Of a stretch of DNA of 64,000 nucleotides, positions 25,898-38,997 are shown piece by piece. Every line of letters starts with the position of its first letter. Positions within the stretch are counted from its first letter, which is position 1. The stretch is from Octopus sinensis (taxonomy: Eukaryota): positions 66,960,001-67,024,000 of the forward strand of contig NC_043002.1 in the NCBI RefSeq assembly GCF_006345805.1. The letters are read 5' to 3'. Below the pieces are notes generated by a model. The model searched no databases. It worked only from the letters and a program-made list of their open reading frames with translations, and had not been told where the DNA came from. The position numbers and the translations under genes were made by a program.

Positions 25898-26764
25898 TTA
25901 CGAAATTCATTTTATGTCTGAAAGACGAACAATTTTTTTTAAATGGTGTTTAGTAGATAAAGAAGGGTTTATATATTCTCTTTCAAGCACACAAACACAA
26001 AAGCAATGTGAAGGTATTGCGTATATTCACTGATTAAATAGGCGCAATAAATAACATTCCGAGTAAGCACTAGGTGGTCTAACTAAGGAAATATATATTA
26101 ACCAAAGGAATCATTTTAAAGGTTTGACAAACAGCAAAGAATACAGATTAAAATCTGAAATCCGAGGAAACTGGCGCGGATTGGTATTAGTAACAATATG
26201 TAATAGTAAATCCGAGCGAGTCACTTGGAAGCTCTGTTGCTGAGAGGAGGAACAAAATCTGGCATTTAATACACACAAAACCCTTCAAAGTATTATAGTG
26301 CTCCAAACTAATATTTAAAATATTAACAGCGAAAAATTCTATCGAGAATTTCTCATTTCAAAAATGAAAGCAATGTTTTCTTTAACTTAAAAAACACATT
26401 CTTAAATTCAGTGGAAGAAAGTTTTCGATGTGGTTATAACAACAGGCCTGGATAACATATGGTACTCGGGGTTCATGTTGGTTTTTATAATTTTTTTAAT
26501 GTCACGATTATAAAAGAATTTTTACTAAAATTTTGTAATATAATCTTTAGGTATCGCACTGTCACTTTGCATAATTCCATTTTCCCTTTTCGTTTTAATG
26601 ATATGTTGTTTTTTCTCGGGTACTAATCGCACTGGTATCGAAATTGCACCCAGATTTTTTTTAGAGTTAAAATCAAGCAGAAAATAGAATGAATTATAAA
26701 TATGTAAATATGGTAATTAATGTAAAAATGGTGCATTCTGTATTGTTATTTATTCCTTCTCGAA

Positions 26765-27036
26765 CCACACCTGACTCATAAGGCGCCGGTTTATCCTGGT
26801 TTCCTTGGCGTATAGGTTCCCAACCTGGACGGGACGCTGGTCCGTCGCAGGTGAGCTGCAAGATGCAGGAGGAAAGAGTGAGAGAAAGTTGTGGCGAAAG
26901 AGTCAGCAGAATTTCGCCATTGCCTTCTGCCGGAGCTGCGTGGAGCTTAGGTGTTTCGCTCATAAACACACACATCGCCCGGTCTGAGATTCGACCACGA
27001 CCCCGCTGCTCTAACCACTAGGCCATGTGCCTCCAC
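26765..27036 (-). mobile_element. SINE family C head with 3' tail type iii
   Basis: Same head/core up to CTCTCACTCTTTC, then CTCCTGCATCTTGCAGCTCACCTGCGACGGACCAGCGTCCCGTCCAGG. Confidence 0.75.
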
Positions 27037-27769
27037 TGCATTCTGTATTGAAATTAGTCTTTTAGTGTCGTTGCTTGATTTATAACGAGTTATATCGCCT
27101 AAAGTACACTGTTATAAAGAGCGTTGTCCTGTATTTGGTTTAAGACAATATTATAAACTGGTGAAGTTTAATAGTTTGGTTTTGATTTTAGTTTGGAAAG
27201 TCCTATCACAAAACGTACTGTTAGGATAACGTACTGTTGGTATAGAAATCCCTCTACCTTTTTATGATCGCTGAGAAACTTTTCATCAACGTTGGCTTAT
27301 TTAAACCCAAGACAAAAAGATAAATTGAATAAACAATGGAATTATGTTTTTATGCATTAAGAGTTATTTGAAACGATTCACCGCTTTAGAAATGTTGAAG
27401 TTCATAAATGATTGCTCTCACGTAAGCAGTCGATAGATACTCGAGAGATAGAGAGATAGACAGACAGATAAATAAAGAGGTAGAGACAGAAAGGGAGAGA
27501 AAGAGAAAGAGAGAGAGAGAGAGAGATAGAAAGAGAGAGAGAGAGAGAGAGAGACGGGGAAAGAGAGAGAGAAGATGGGGGCAAAGGAGACCAAAAACGA
27601 CAGAAGTCAGTTACAGCAAAAAGTAATGAACAATTGACAACTCTACTAAAGAAGTTTAATTGAAGGTTAATCAGTTATTAATGGTTGTTAATTTTCTCTG
27701 CGCCATCCCTCGTTAAATTTGATTAATGACCTCGTAATTAAGTGTTGTATCGCTTAATTCATTTGTGAC

Positions 27770-27945
27770 GCTTTGCACACATACTTATGCTCACACATAT
27801 ATATGCACACACATACGTATGTACACACATATACATGCACACACGTATGCTCACACATATATGCACACACATATACATGCACACACGTATGCACACACAT
27901 ATACATGCACACACGTATGCTCACACATATATATGCACACACTGT
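27770..27945. repeat. Minisatellite of about 28-30 bp (CACACATATACATGCACACACGTATG)
   Basis: Several tandem copies visible. Confidence 0.85.
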
Positions 27946-28024
27946 ATGTTTATGGTTTTCCATCAAATACAAAGATGAATAACCACACACACATTATACG
28001 TATATTCCCATATAATTGAATAAA

Positions 28025-28560
28025 AATACAAACAAGCAAATAACTGATGTCAGGTCAGGCTGTGGCATTTTTATATTTAAACATTGGCACAACATGAGGG
28101 AAGAATTGAATGTTACAAGAGTTTATACCACAAGAAGTCGATGAAAGATCAGTTGAGATATATTCATAATGACTATGGTGTTTGCTATCAAGGTTATACT
28201 GCAAGTCCGAAATATTGATATTCGATAAAGCTGATCATCGTATGTAGAATCCAAAGCTGAAATGAGGAAGGCAGAAAGAATGTGTGTAGAAATCTCCTAC
28301 AGCTGTTTCAAGAATAAATGCGTATATGGTGCATTTCCCAGCAAACGCTCAACAACCATCATGTGATGTATTCCATCATCGGAGGAAGAATGAGATAGAG
28401 TCTTTGTAAGAAGTAATCATGGCAGCGGGAGCTATACTGCGGTGAGCTTCAAATGGGGAAATTCTGTATCATTCAAGTCTACCCTCATGTTGTGTTAATG
28501 TTTGAATATAAACATGCCATAAATTGACTTGAAACCAATTGTTTACCTGTCTATTCTTTT
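28025..28560. repeat. Old inverted repeat / foldback element (about 90-bp arms)
   Basis: 28088-28117 versus 28465-28494 match 27/30 as reverse complements; similarity continues outward with more mismatches. Confidence 0.65.
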
Positions 28561-28858
28561 ATTCTGTTATACACATCCTTTTTTGATTGAAACACTGCTT
28601 ATCGTCAGCCTTCATTAGGCAGTTGTAACACACCCGTCCTTTTAGTTGCAATCCAAACTGAAATTTAGGCAGCAAGTCGATCTGAGCACAAACGTGTATG
28701 TACTTCTTACCTTGTGTCAGCTGACGTGATATTTTTTTCTACTCTAGTTTATCGACCCCGAAAGGATGAAAGCTAAAGTGGACCTCGGCTGAGTCAGCAG
28801 ATGTTATATTACTTGATCTATATTCATATGTACGCACATTATATACATGTTATATGCA

Positions 28859-29230
28859 GGCGCAGGAGTGGCTGTGTGGTAAGTAACTTGCTTACCAACC
28901 ACATGGTTCTGGGTTCAGTCCCACTGCATGGCACCTTAGGCAAGTGTCTTCTACTATAGTCTCGGGTCGACCAGACGGATGCTGAAAGAAGCCCGTCATA
29001 TATATAATATATATGTATGTGTGTGTATATGTTTTTGTGTTTGTCCTCCCAACATCGCTTGACAACCGATGCTGGTGTGTTTACATCCCCGTAATTTAGC
29101 GGTTCGGCAAAAGAGACCTATAAAATAAGTACTAGGCTTACAAAGAATAAGTCCTGGGGTCGATTTGCTCGACTAAAGGCGGTCTTCCAGCATGGCTGCA
29201 GTCAAATGACTGAAACAAGTAAAAGAGTAA
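28859..29230 (+). mobile_element. SINE family A
   Basis: Near full-length match to the family A head, core and tail. Confidence 0.85.
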
Positions 29231-29989
29231 AGGAATAGAGCCTAAAATTTTGAGGGAGGTGTTAGTCGATTACGTCGACCCCATTGTTTAACTTATACTT
29301 ATTTTTCTGACCCTGAAAGGATAAAAGGAAAAATCGACCTGAGTGGTATTTGAACTCAAAACGTAAAACCAGCATATATGGGTACAGGGCATAAAAAAAA
29401 CAAAAACATAGAAAACGAACGAAAAAACAAACAAACAAACAAACAGAAACGATACATGCAACATAAAGAATATTCCCCTTCTTCAGTTGTCCCTATTTCA
29501 TCTACTCCGCCTTTCGAAGGTAAGGACAATACGCGACTTCGTTGAAACAGTCCTTCCCGCAAAGCAAATTAAATAAAATTTGGGAATTTTTGCGGAGGGT
29601 GAAAGTGGTAACTAGAATAGGACAGTGAGAACAAGACAGTAAAAACAAACGGTGAGGGCTGTTGAACCATGACGATAGAAAAATTATTATGAACGCTAGG
29701 AGGACGAGCTATGAAAGGAGACAGGTATGTGTGTGTGTCTTTGTCTCCCACAACCACTTGACAACCGGTGCTGGTGTGGTTACGTCCGCGTAACTTAGGG
29801 GCTAGGCAAAAGGGCCCGATAGAATAAGTACCAGGCTTAAAAAAGAATAAGCGCTGGGATCGATTAGTTCGACTAAAATTCGTCAAAGTGATGCCTCAGC
29901 ATGGCCGCAGTCTAATGATTGAAACAAGTAAAAAATAAGATACACACACACACACACACATAAATGAGTATTCTTTTCTAATCTAAGCA

Positions 29990-30415
29990 AAAGGCTCAAA
30001 ATTTTTGGGAAGGGGACCAGTCGATTAGATCGACCCCAGTACGCAACTGGTACTTAATTTATGGACCCCGAAATGATGAAAAGCAAAGTCGACCTTGGCG
30101 TAATTTGAACTCAGAACGTAAAGACAGACGCGATACCGCTAAGCATTTCGCCCGGCGTGCTAACAATTCTGCCAGCTCGCCGCCTTTTTAAAAGCAATAT
30201 TCTTTTCTCCTCTAGGCTCAGGGCCCGAAATTTTTGGGAGGGAGCCCTGTCGATCAGATCGACTCCAGTTTGCAACTGGTACTAAATTTATCGACTCCGA
30301 AAGAATGAAAGGCAAAAATCGACCTCGGCGGAATTTGAACTCAGAACATAATGACAGACGAAATACTGCTAAGCATTTCGCCTTGCGTGCTAACGATTCT
30401 GTCAGCTCGCCGCTC
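29990..30415 (-). mobile_element. Tandem pair of short-tail family B SINEs
   Basis: Two complete head+core copies about 235 bp apart. Confidence 0.8.
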
Positions 30416-31412
30416 TTAAATAAATAAATAAATATTAAATTAAATACGTCAAAGAAAATATAAAATAGTACATAAGTATACACTAAAATAGTGTTTTTCA
30501 TACTAAAAAACAAAATCAAAACACAAAAAACAAAAAAGCGCCTCTTTAAAGCATGGTTCCTCGCCAGCGACTATTTCGCGTCACTTATGCATTTACATGA
30601 ATGCTCGTAAGCTTATGTTTCTATTTCTGTATACACACAGTACAAAGATAATCAACCGATAATATTAAGGCTTAAAATTCCATATTCTAATCATCAGTCA
30701 TTGCATTGATTCCATTTACAAACAATCTCTCTCCCTAATGTGATAAGCAATTGAGTGATTTTAGATTCTAACATGATAAGAACATCAGTGATTTCATACC
30801 GCAAGGAATATTGCTCTTTAGAAAATATACTTTACATTAGACGCTCATCGACTCTCATTTCCTGGTTTTATGGTGTTACTACTTCACAGCAACATTATAA
30901 CAAACGTTATCCTCTATTATTTCAATCGAAGTTTATACTTGCAAGACTTGCGTGTATCAGTCAGTTACACTTTTCACTCATTATATCTCTCCATACTTTG
31001 TTGCTTTGTTTTTCTTTTCGCTTTGAATCGATCAGAAAATTATATTTCCTTGTATTGATGTCGTGTTTTTAGCCAAGTTAGAACGCCTAAAACCAAAGCG
31101 TACATCAACCGGAGGAGAATAGTCGGAGGAGGAACTGAGAGAAGTCGCAGAAATCGACGTTTTTATTTTTAATACTTTTACATACATAACTTTACGTACT
31201 TTTGAGAAAAACTATACACACACACACACATGAATTGTATATCTACAGAGAGCAAGAAGGACTGAAAGGTACAAATATATATTCGTACTTATACATACAT
31301 CCATATACCTAAACGTGCATAAATATATACATACACTTTACGCACACATACACACATGTATATATACATATATATAAATATATACGTACATATTTATTCA
31401 TACATAGATGTG

Positions 31413-31452
<40 letters not shown>

Positions 31453-31499
31453 GTAAAATCACTACCCACTACCAGGTAGTGGTTTTCTTCACTACTTCA

Positions 31500-31870
31500 G
31501 GGAATAACGACCCTGCTTGACACGAGTCCCGGGCTCACTGGCGCCGGCTGACAGTACCCGGTATGGGCTCCTATCTAGGGTTACGTAAAGGAGACAACCT
31601 TCAAAGAAATCCGGAGTGGAGCCCTGTGGGCAGTTTAGTGTTCGACGCAACATTTTTCCGGCAGCTCCTGCAACCAAGCTGGTGCCAAAGTAATGCTCTG
31701 CACTCCTTTGGACTACGTCAGCAAGGTCGAGAGAGGAATCCTGACGATTGGGCTACCCAGGATTTTCTTACATCTAGCTCAGGCCTGCGCAAAACTGGAG
31801 AGGACATGAAATGTAAAAACCAGACTGGATTAGTTTATGCGCAACTCCATTGTCTCCCGCGACAAAAGGA
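31500..31870 (+). mobile_element. Probable RTE-clade LINE 5'UTR fragment
   Basis: GC-rich island. GGAGACAACC...AAATCCGGAGTGGAGCCC...GGCAGCTCCTGCAACCAAGCTGGTGCCAAA...GCACTCCTTTGGAC resembles RTE 5' regions as I recall them; not verified by search. Confidence 0.5.
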
Positions 31871-32349
31871 TGCCAGCAACAAATATATATATATATAATG
31901 TTCGTACTTATTATATAAATACATAAATATATACATATACGTGCATACAAACATACTTACACACTCACACACACACATACATACACACACACACACATAC
32001 ATACACTCACACACATCAATGTATCATTGTTTCGAGCTACTGCTTGTGTATTTGTTTTGATCAGGCAGTCTACGAACACAAATCAATTACTAGCATTGAC
32101 TGATTTATAATACAATTACGGCTTTCTGTCAGTTCAGGATTACCCTCTCTTTGGTATCTTCTACTGAAGACGAAATAACGAGCCAGAAATGCATCTAGGG
32201 GTTCAAAGAGGGTGCTACTGCGCTGATATTGGTGTGTTATGCTTTTTACCATAGACGAGAAATTTCCCTCCACCGTAAACTGCAGTGAAAGTGTCTTTAT
32301 ATGTTAAAATATGTCACAAATTAATTTGAATTAAACTATAGTTGTTTAT

Positions 32350-32419
<70 letters not shown>

Positions 32420-32904
32420 CTTCACCAACATGTGTACATGCCTGTATACACACATATGTGACTAAACTGTCAAATGCTATGAATAAAAAGAGAGGAAATA
32501 ATTTTAATTACCAATTAAAAAAGTGTAAATTATTTCTCAATTAAGAATAGAAACCGCAACGATGTAGGTTATTGTATTAGTGGAGGTTTACTAAGACAAC
32601 ACACTGCTTACTTGTTTAAGGAGTATTTGCAATATAAATTATGTTGGGCGTAGTCAGTATACGTACTGTCTATATATTTAAACGAATGAATATGAAAAAA
32701 AAAGAAAAACCCATGGGACTTAATATATTATTTGTCTCACCATCTAAATATTAGAATTATTTGCTAACAGAAAGCGAAAATAACGCCATTTTGCTTCTAC
32801 TCATTTGTTATATCAACGGAAGGAAGTTCGAATGGGTAGCAGATAAATTTAATATATGAGGCAAGTCTGGCCTTGTGCTAAGATTTGAAACTAATATATG
32901 TTGC

Positions 32905-33478
32905 AAATGTATGTATGTAATTATTCAGTGTATTTCAAGATGTGGTGCCCCAGCATGGCCACAGCTCATTAGCTGAAACTGGAAAAATCAAAATCATTCC
33001 TTGCCAATAGAGAAAGAACCGGTTTCTAACCTAGATCCAAGGCTCCTTCATTGGAATTTCAGCATCAAGAATAGGGTTTTTTGTTTGTATGTATGTATGT
33101 TTTATGTATGTATTCTCATGCATATTGTTGCATATCTAGACATGCTCATATATATTTAAATGATAAACTTCTGGAAAGTTTTACAGATTTTTATAGTTCC
33201 ACTAATGGATTGGATCTGTAGTCTTCGAATTTGATTTCTCCTTTCTAGTTTTGAGAAGCCTAATTTCTCAAGATTAGTATTTAGGCAGTGTGTTACACAT
33301 CCCAGAGCCCCAATAATTACAGTTATAAGCCTGAACTTGTAATCTGGATAGTGTGTGTGTATGTATGTATGTCATTGTTCAGTTATATTTCAAGATTTCT
33401 TGCCAATAGAGAAAAAGCTGGTTTCTAACCTAGATCCAAGGATCCTTCATTGGAATTTCAAAATCAACAGGGCATTTT

Positions 33479-33480
<2 letters not shown>
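32905..33480. repeat. Dispersed direct duplication (about 399-bp period) with a SINE-tail fragment inserted in copy 1
   Basis: TTGCCAATAGAGAAA...GGTTTCTAACCTAGATCCAAGG at 33001 and 33400. A family A tail-like fragment interrupts copy 1 between TTTCAAGAT and TTCCTTGCC. Confidence 0.75.
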
Positions 33481-33510
<30 letters not shown>

Positions 33511-34249
33511 TGTACGTGTCTATGTACGTACGTCTGTCTGTATGTATGTATGTAGCTATGTATGTATGCATGTTTGTGTGTATGTATGTAGCTATGTATG
33601 CATGTATCTGTGTATGTATGTACGTGTCTATGTACGTATGTCAGTCAGTCAGTATCTATCTGTCTATATGTCTGTCTGTGTCTATCTATCTATCTATCCA
33701 TCCATCCATACATCTATGTTTGTGTATTTGGGTTTATACACATCTATAAGTATACGTATTTGTGCTTGAGGCCAACATGATTGTTTCTGAAATTAGCAGT
33801 GACGATGCTGTAGTTGCTGACGTTTTTCGAAAAAAAAATTAGTAAGAGGACTATTTATCGCCAATACCGTTTCAGGTTTATCAAGATCTGCGAATTAAGC
33901 ACTAGTTACGGTACATTTGTGGAAAACAAATGCATAAGATTTCAACGTAAGACACAACTGGATGATGAACGGAGAAGAAGCAAACAAATTAAGCGAAATT
34001 TGCCAAGGATGGCATCAAAAGTACTTGGTCAAACGGACCAGAACCCTGATAGTATCATTAGAAAACACAGAAGGTTTCACCATGACACTATACTGGTGTT
34101 TGTAGCCTATTGGTGAGTGAGTTTTTGGTACTTAGTAATTTGAAGGACGATCTTTGTTTGGATGCTTTCAATGAGGTTTTGACAAGTAGCTGTTTTCTTA
34201 CAGATATGTAACGAGTACTCTAGTGGGGGATTACACACACATTTACAAT

Positions 34250-34530
34250 GATGAAGGGCCCAGATGATCTGGTCAGCAGAGAAGCCTGCTCGTTAAATGA
34301 ACGTGCAAGTGGTGGACCGTTTATCGGAGTTCTCAGAGAGATTAGGCATGATACAAAACGTGACAAGGCTGGTTCCTTTGAGTCACAGGTACAATTTATT
34401 TTTGCCGGCTTAGTGGACTAGCAACGTGAAATAAAGTGTCTTGCTCAGGGACACAACGTGCCGCTAGGAATCGAACTCACGACCTTACGATCGTAAACCG
34501 AACAGCCTAACCACTAAGCCACGGGCATCC
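34250..34530 (-). mobile_element. SINE family D (CORE-like head) with tail ii
   Basis: Minus strand reads GTGGCTTAGTGGTTAGG...GAGTTCGATTCC...TTGTGTCCCTGAGCAAGACACTTTATTTCACGTTGC, then CCAGCCTTGTCAC. Related copy at 36083-36360 (+). Confidence 0.7.
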
Positions 34531-34675
34531 ACTACACGCATATATGTATATATGTATGTTTTATTGAGAACATGGTGCTTTTAAATGTATGACGATGAAA
34601 TTTATGAATATTAAAATCAAACGCATCCTTTTGAGGTATGTGTAGATCGCTGAGGGCGAAAAACTGTTCAGATAT

Positions 34676-34985
34676 GAGATGATAATAATACTATTGATGA
34701 TGGTGATAGCGATGACGATGACGACGACTATGATGATGATGATGACAATGATGATGATGACGATGACGATAATGATGACGATGACGACGATGATGATGAT
34801 GACGATGATGATGATGATGGTGATGACGACGACGATGATGAAAGTGATGATGACGACGACGACTATGATGATGAAAGTGATGATGACGACGACGACGATG
34901 ATGATGAAAGTGATGGCGACGACGAAGACCACAGCGATGACGACGTGGACGTCGACGATTATCATGTTGATGATGATATAACAAC
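34676..34985. repeat. (GAT/GAC)n trinucleotide repeat
   Basis: Direct inspection. Confidence 0.95.
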
Positions 34986-35069
34986 AGTAATGACGTTGTT
35001 TCCAAAGAGAATGACAGAAATGTGATGTCGGAATCTTACATCTGGGTATGTTAGAAAAAAAAACACAAA

Positions 35070-35478
35070 GGCGCAGAAGTGGGTGTGTAGTAAGAAGCTT
35101 GCTTACGAACCACATGGTTCCGGGTTCAGTCCCACTGCATGGCACCTTGGGCAAGTGTCTTCTACTATAGCTTCGGGCCGACCAAAGCCTTGTGAGTGGA
35201 TTTGGTAGACGGAAACCGAAATAAGTCCGTCGTATATATGTATATGTATATATGTATGTGTGTGTATATGTTTGTGTGTCTGTGTTTGTTCCCACCCCAA
35301 CATCGCTTGACAACCGATGCTGGTGTGTTTACGTCCCCGTAACTTAGCGGTTCGGCAAAAAGACCGATAGAATAAGTACTAGGCTTACAAAGAATAAGCC
35401 CTGGGGTCGATTTGCTTGACTAAAGGCGGTGCTCCAGCATGGCCAAAGTTAAAAGACTGAAACAAGTAAAAGAGTAAA
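35070..35478 (+). mobile_element. SINE family A
   Basis: Full-length match to the family consensus. Confidence 0.88.
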
Positions 35479-35532
35479 TTGCATTAAAATCTCATTAAGG
35501 CTATTACAAAATTCATCCCATCTTACCGACCA

Positions 35533-35568
<36 letters not shown>

Positions 35569-35863
35569 GTCTGTCTCTGATGCACATCGATGTTTGTGTG
35601 TGTTTTCTTAACCAAGGATGCTGTGCTTTTCTTTGAAATGTCTGATGTTTATATTAAAGTTTGAACGCGTCTTTTTCAGGCATGTGTACCTAATGTTCGA
35701 TTCCACAGAACCCCGTCCATCTCCCAGCACCCCCAATGGAGAGGGTTTGCACACCTCAGTAAGCGCGCGCGCGGTAAATATATCTTTCGTATTAATTCAA
35801 ATAATTTATCTGACAACCCAATAGATTCTCAAAAACTAACAATGTGGTTTTCTTCACGTGCAC

Positions 35864-35905
<42 letters not shown>

Positions 35906-36082
35906 CATGCACAAACACGCATATACACATAAACACACACACTCACCCCAAAATACATACAGCCATCGAGGGAGAGAAAAAGGGAGAGAAACAGAGAGAT
36001 ACAATAATGCGTTTCCTAAGATATATGTGTGTGTGTGTGTGTGTTGTGTGTGTGTGTTGTGTGTGTGTGTGTGTGTGTGTGT

Positions 36083-36360
36083 GTGGCATAGTGGTTAGGG
36101 TATTCGGCTTACGATTGTAAGTTTGGGAGTTCGATACACGGCGGCGCGTTGTGTCTTTGAGCAAGATACCTTATTTCCCGTTGCACCAGTCCACTTGACT
36201 GGCAAGAGCAAGTTCTACGTGTAATTCAAAAGGCCAACCTTGCCACATGCTGTCTCCCGCTGAATCTCCTCGAGAACGACGTTAAGTTGGACGTGTGCCT
36301 GTGGAGAGCTCCGTTGATCGGATCAATGGAACACTCGTCGTCGTAACCGACTGAGAGCCA
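36083..36360 (+). mobile_element. SINE family D with tail ii (diverged)
   Basis: tRNA-like head, TTGTGTCTTTGAGCAAGATAC core, tail ending GTCGTCGTAACCGAC. Confidence 0.7.
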
Positions 36361-36849
36361 GTTTAAACTATATATAAATACATAAAGAGGAGACTTGCGG
36401 AAATATAAAAAATGGAAAAGAGCGTGGGATTCAGAAAAAGGAATACACGAACGTTCAAATAAGAAAAACAAAATATGAGAGACTAAGTGAAAAGGAGAAC
36501 ATTATGATGATAAGAATGAATAAAGTATTGATATTTGATAATATTAAAAATGAAAAACAAGACATATATCCCTGTTTATCACTGATGCATTTACCATTGA
36601 TGTAAGATAACGCGCTACACTCAACTGTGACCCATGTTGCGCTTATCAAGATTGATCTGTGATAACACGTGTCGGTGATCAGTCGAAGATTTGTACTGTA
36701 AAAATGCGTCCAAGCGACCACCCAAAGTGCTCAGATACCTGAAACACAGTGACTACCGCTTGTGCTTATACGACTGTGCTGCGAGGCTATGTATTTTTTT
36801 TTTACATAGATTATCGTACTTTTGCACATCAACATCGCGCCTGATCTTA

Positions 36850-37000
36850 AAAAAATGACTCCGACGAGCGTATTCTCTCAGCAGGAAGAGGATAGATGAT
36901 CAAGGAAGTATGTAACGGCGGAGCTTCGGTGCTGCGAGCTGCGAGTTTAGTATCAATGAATCTACCATTCGTTCCATTTACAAAGTGCACGGAGACGATT
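36850..37000 (+). pseudogene. pogo/Tigger (CENP-B-like HTH) N-terminal remnant
   Basis: MIKEVCNGGASV, then a frameshift to ASCEFSINESTIRSIYK, typical of the HTH helix. Confidence 0.5.
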
Positions 37001-38040
37001 TATTTACCACGGATTCATTTATCGCTTTTTTATTTTTTAAACAAAACTACCGTGATAAGCAAGGATAGATGTATTTAATGATGTTTCCGGTAATTAAAAA
37101 AAGAAAAAAGAAACAGCGTTAATAATCATAGAAATTGTATTTCTATAAATAACATAAAGTCTGAATACAATAGCTTCTGAAACATTTAAAATAATTATTG
37201 AGGTTGTCGAACAAATGCATTCATTGATTTGTAGTTAATCAAATGAAGTGTGTCTCATTGGCAGTGTGATGTTAGTCACAGGAATCAATAAACCGATGTA
37301 TAGTTGTAGTTTTAGTTAATTAACAGTTGTGATTGTGATGTGTATCCATGGATTAGTGTAACGTGTGTTGCCAGATTAATGCCACTAATGTAGCTGGGTT
37401 AGCTAATATAAGCTGTCGGATGAATATGAGCCATTAATATATAAAAGATGAATATTGATTGGTCGACGCAACAGTGCAATAAATAAAATGAACTCTTTGC
37501 CCTTTTGTCGTGATAGGAACTATTATTTATCCTCGGGTCACTATTCCCATTGACTGTTACTCATTCATTACAACGGAGGTGAACTGAAGCAATACACTCT
37601 AATGCATCTTGTCCAGAAACACAGCGAATCTGCGGCAGGAGATCTGAATCGAGACCATCAGTGCGTAGCCCGATATTTCGGTTTTGTATCTCTAACACAT
37701 TCAAATATACGGATGGTGAAAAAGAACAAACGCTTTCGTTGCTATTGTTTTAAGAAATAAAATTTCTCTGTAGCCTCCCGTTTAAACGACTATAACTGAA
37801 ATGAAACTTTTATTAATTTAATTTTATCATTATGCAAGCCCAAGTGATCTAATTACACAATCTACAGGGGGCAGAGCGGGAGGTGAAGCAAGGGAGGAAG
37901 GCTGTGCATTTAAGAAGTTCGCTTCGAAATCACGTGCTTTTGGGATCGGTCCCATTGTGCGGCACCTTTGGAAGGTATCTTCTACTATGCATGTAGGCTG
38001 ATCCATACCTAATAGTGAATTTAGTGTGACGGAAACAGTA

Positions 38041-38358
38041 CAGAATCCCTTCTCGACTTACGACCGAGTTCTGTTCAGATTGACAGGTCTTAAGTCGATC
38101 TGGTCGTATGTCAGATTTATATTTTTCAACACTATTTTCATTCAAACGCAACTGTTGCTTGAAAGCGACTGAGTGCGAGATAGCGGTAGACAGTGGATGC
38201 TTGGGTCTGAGGGAGGCCTACTTGCGTTGCCAGATGCTGCCATAGTTATCGTACGCGCAGCTGCTCAACGTCCGAAAATCGATTATTCATTTATTTTTTG
38301 TGGTCGTAAGTGCGGATGGTCGTAAGTGCGGATGGTCGTAAGTCGAGGAGAAGGTGTG
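38041..38358. mobile_element. pogo-type MITE
   Basis: TA then CAGAATCCCTTCTCGACTTACGACC on the left; GGTCGTAAGTCGAGGAGAAGGTGTG on the right; subterminal GGTCGTAAGTGCGGAT repeats. Confidence 0.7.
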
Positions 38359-38382
38359 TGTGTGTGTGTATATATATATATA

Positions 38383-38763
38383 TTACTTTTACTTGTTTCA
38401 GTCATATGACTGTGGCCATGCTGGAGCACCGCCTTTAGTCGAGCAAATCGACCCCAGGACTTATTCTTTGTAAGCCTAGTACTTATTCTACCGGTCTATT
38501 TTGTCGAACCTCTAAGTTACGGGGACGTAAACACACCATCATCGGTTGTCAAGCGATGTTGGGGGGACAAACACAGAGACACAAACACACACATACATAT
38601 ATACGACGGGCTTCTTTCAGTTTCCGTCTACCAAATCCACTAGAAGGCTTTGGTCGGACCGAGGCTATAGTAGAAGACACTTGCTCAAGGTGCCACGCAG
38701 TGGGACTGAATCCGGATCTATGTGGTTGGTAAGCAAGCTACTTACCACACAGCCACTCCTATG

Positions 38764-38764
<1 letters not shown>
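38383..38764 (-). mobile_element. SINE family A
   Basis: Full-length match. Confidence 0.88.
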
Positions 38765-38807
<43 letters not shown>

Positions 38808-38894
38808 TTAGAGACAAAACCACTATTTTGCAAAACAAACAAGGAAAGACTTAATCAATACATAAAATTTTAATAAAAAGTAAAAAAAAAACCG

Positions 38895-38937
38895 CCACTA
38901 CAATTGTTTCTTGTCCTGATCGACAATCTTCAGGTGG
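38895..38937 (-). ncRNA. Canonical minimal type-I hammerhead ribozyme
   Basis: Minus strand reads CCAC-CTGAAGA-TTGTC(GATCAG)GACAA-GAAAC-AATT-GTA-GTGG. Perfect core, 4-bp stem I, 5-bp stem II, palindromic ACAATTGT stem III, GUA triplet. Confidence 0.8.
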
Positions 38938-38997
38938 ACTTCCAATAAGTCAGTTTCAAATTATGACTTCATAATTTGAAACTGACTTATTGGAAGT
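38938..38997. repeat. Perfect 29-bp inverted repeat with a 2-nt spacer
   Basis: ACTTCCAATAAGTCAGTTTCAAATTATGA-CT-TCATAATTTGAAACTGACTTATTGGAAGT, directly abutting the hammerhead. Confidence 0.95.

Noticed and set aside
31540-31553. CTGGCGCCGGCTG, matching the HDV ribozyme P3/P1 junction as I recall it
   Set aside because: No upstream P1 partner or P2/P3 5' strands found; likely chance in a GC-rich patch.
35070-35150. Functional tRNA genes at SINE heads (families A-D)
   Set aside because: A/B-box-like motifs are present, but they continue into SINE bodies without a clean cloverleaf end or T-run terminator.
34561-35313. 250-aa hydrophobic ORF and the poly-Met and poly-His ORFs
   Set aside because: Readings of a (GAT/GAC)n tract plus a SINE.
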